A DNA stretch of 64,000 nt, from contig CAZWNZ010000001.1 in the NCBI GenBank assembly GCA_964635715.1, positions 74,358-138,357 of the forward strand, read 5' to 3'. Positions 63,355 to 64,000 of this stretch are shown here, one piece after another. The position numbers and the translations under genes were made by a program. Position 1 is the stretch's first letter, and each line of letters starts with the position of its first letter. A model generated the notes under the pieces. It searched no databases, had not been told where the DNA came from, and saw nothing but the letters and a program-made list of their open reading frames with translations. Source of the DNA: an uncultured Gammaproteobacteria bacterium (GTDB lineage: Bacteria > Patescibacteriota > Microgenomatia > UBA8517).

Positions 63355-63866
63355 AGTTCCGGTATTGTCGGGTTAAGTATATATGTTGCGTCGCCAAAAA
63401 TTAATCGTCCAAAAATAGCTGCCAAGACTAACGCTCCTGCTGCAACCAATAGACCAACTGCCGTTTGCCAGATTTTTGCCCAAGCTCCGGCGACTTTTTT
63501 GGGATCATCACCTGCAGAGAGGAAAGAGTATCCTGCAAGAATAAAATTAATAAGTGCATAGACTCCGGCGCCGGCTATTAAGATCCAAATAGCATACTGG
63601 ATTACTGTCCCAATAGCCGTACCCGGATTATCCCCATATTTGGATAATGCCGCTGGGGTGTCAATTTTTCCAAATGGGTTGTTGCTGGTGCCGCCTGAGC
63701 CAGTGTTTGATATACAACAATGTGCACTACAATAATATCCGGAGCCACACTCAGAAGAAGTGCTGCATTCGTATGGATAACATGCCGCCCGAATACTATT
63801 AGTCTGCAGTAATAGGAAAAAGCCAAAACTTAAAAGTATATAAAGGAATTTGGTTGTTATTTTCAT
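63351..63866 (-). CDS. VirB2/TrbC-like pilin with N-terminal Cys-rich extension
   Basis: Signal peptide, CYPYECSTSSECGSGYYCSAHCC, then AGYSFLSAGDDPKKVAGAWAKIWQTAVGL. Confidence 0.75.
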   Translation of the reverse strand: MKITTKFLYILLSFGFFLLLQTNSIRAACYPYECSTSSECGSGYYCSAHCCISNTGSGGTSNNPFGKIDTPAALSKYGDNPGTAIGTVIQYAIWILIAGAGVYALINFILAGYSFLSAGDDPKKVAGAWAKIWQTAVGLLVAAGALVLAAIFGRLIFGDATYILNPTIPEL

Positions 63867-63870
63867 TTGT

Positions 63871-64000
63871 TTAGATAATATCAGGCATTCCTAACAGTTG
63901 TCCGATCAATTTTACTATCCAATAGGATGCAAACACAACAACAAGGCCGATTACAGCAGAGGTAATAGTCTTTTTGGCTTGTTCATTCTTTTGAGGATCG
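63871..64000 (-). CDS. VirB2/TrbC-like pilin, 3' part (truncated by window edge)
   Basis: Manual translation DPQKNEQAKKTITSAVIGLVVVFASYWIVKLIGQLLGMPDII*. Confidence 0.75.
   Translation of the reverse strand, partial: DPQKNEQAKKTITSAVIGLVVVFASYWIVKLIGQLLGMPDII

Noticed and set aside
44869-64000. Integrative conjugative element or prophage
   Set aside because: No integrase, relaxase, att repeat or phage structural gene visible; cannot be excluded beyond the window edge
1-64000. Alternative genetic code (UGA recoding)
   Set aside because: Conserved genes are full length under code 11 and several end in TGA

Overview
Origin-proximal 64 kb of a small-genome, AT-rich bacterium using standard code 11. 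Gene content and style suggest Patescibacteria/CPR, probably Microgenomates; this is inferred, not confirmed. The window holds the jag-yidC-yidD-rnpA-rpmH / dnaA-oriC-dnaN block, groES/groEL with a CIRCE operator, metG, valS, rplY, rnhA, tsaD, a TsaC-TsaE fusion, two UvrD-type helicases (one with a C-terminal PD-(D/E)XK nuclease), rmuC, tRNA-Cys(GCA) and many envelope or glycosylation genes. After dnaN lies a ~19 kb T4SS-like locus (VirB4, PrgI, VirB6-like, at least six VirB2-like pilins). Two signals stand out. (1) About 20 short 7-bp-period tandem arrays are dispersed through genes and intergenic DNA. Inside genes they deviate from the unit where a stop codon would fall in frame, and several form inverted, pairable pairs, including one around a four-helix-bundle (Avd/IVS-like) gene and one in the dnaA leader. 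(2) A YcaO plus SagB-type dehydrogenase cassette sits inside the T4SS locus, followed by a 196-aa protein ending in a Ser/Cys-rich tail (GCCCCSAN), a candidate protein-scale RiPP substrate. All calls come from reading motifs; no database searches were run.
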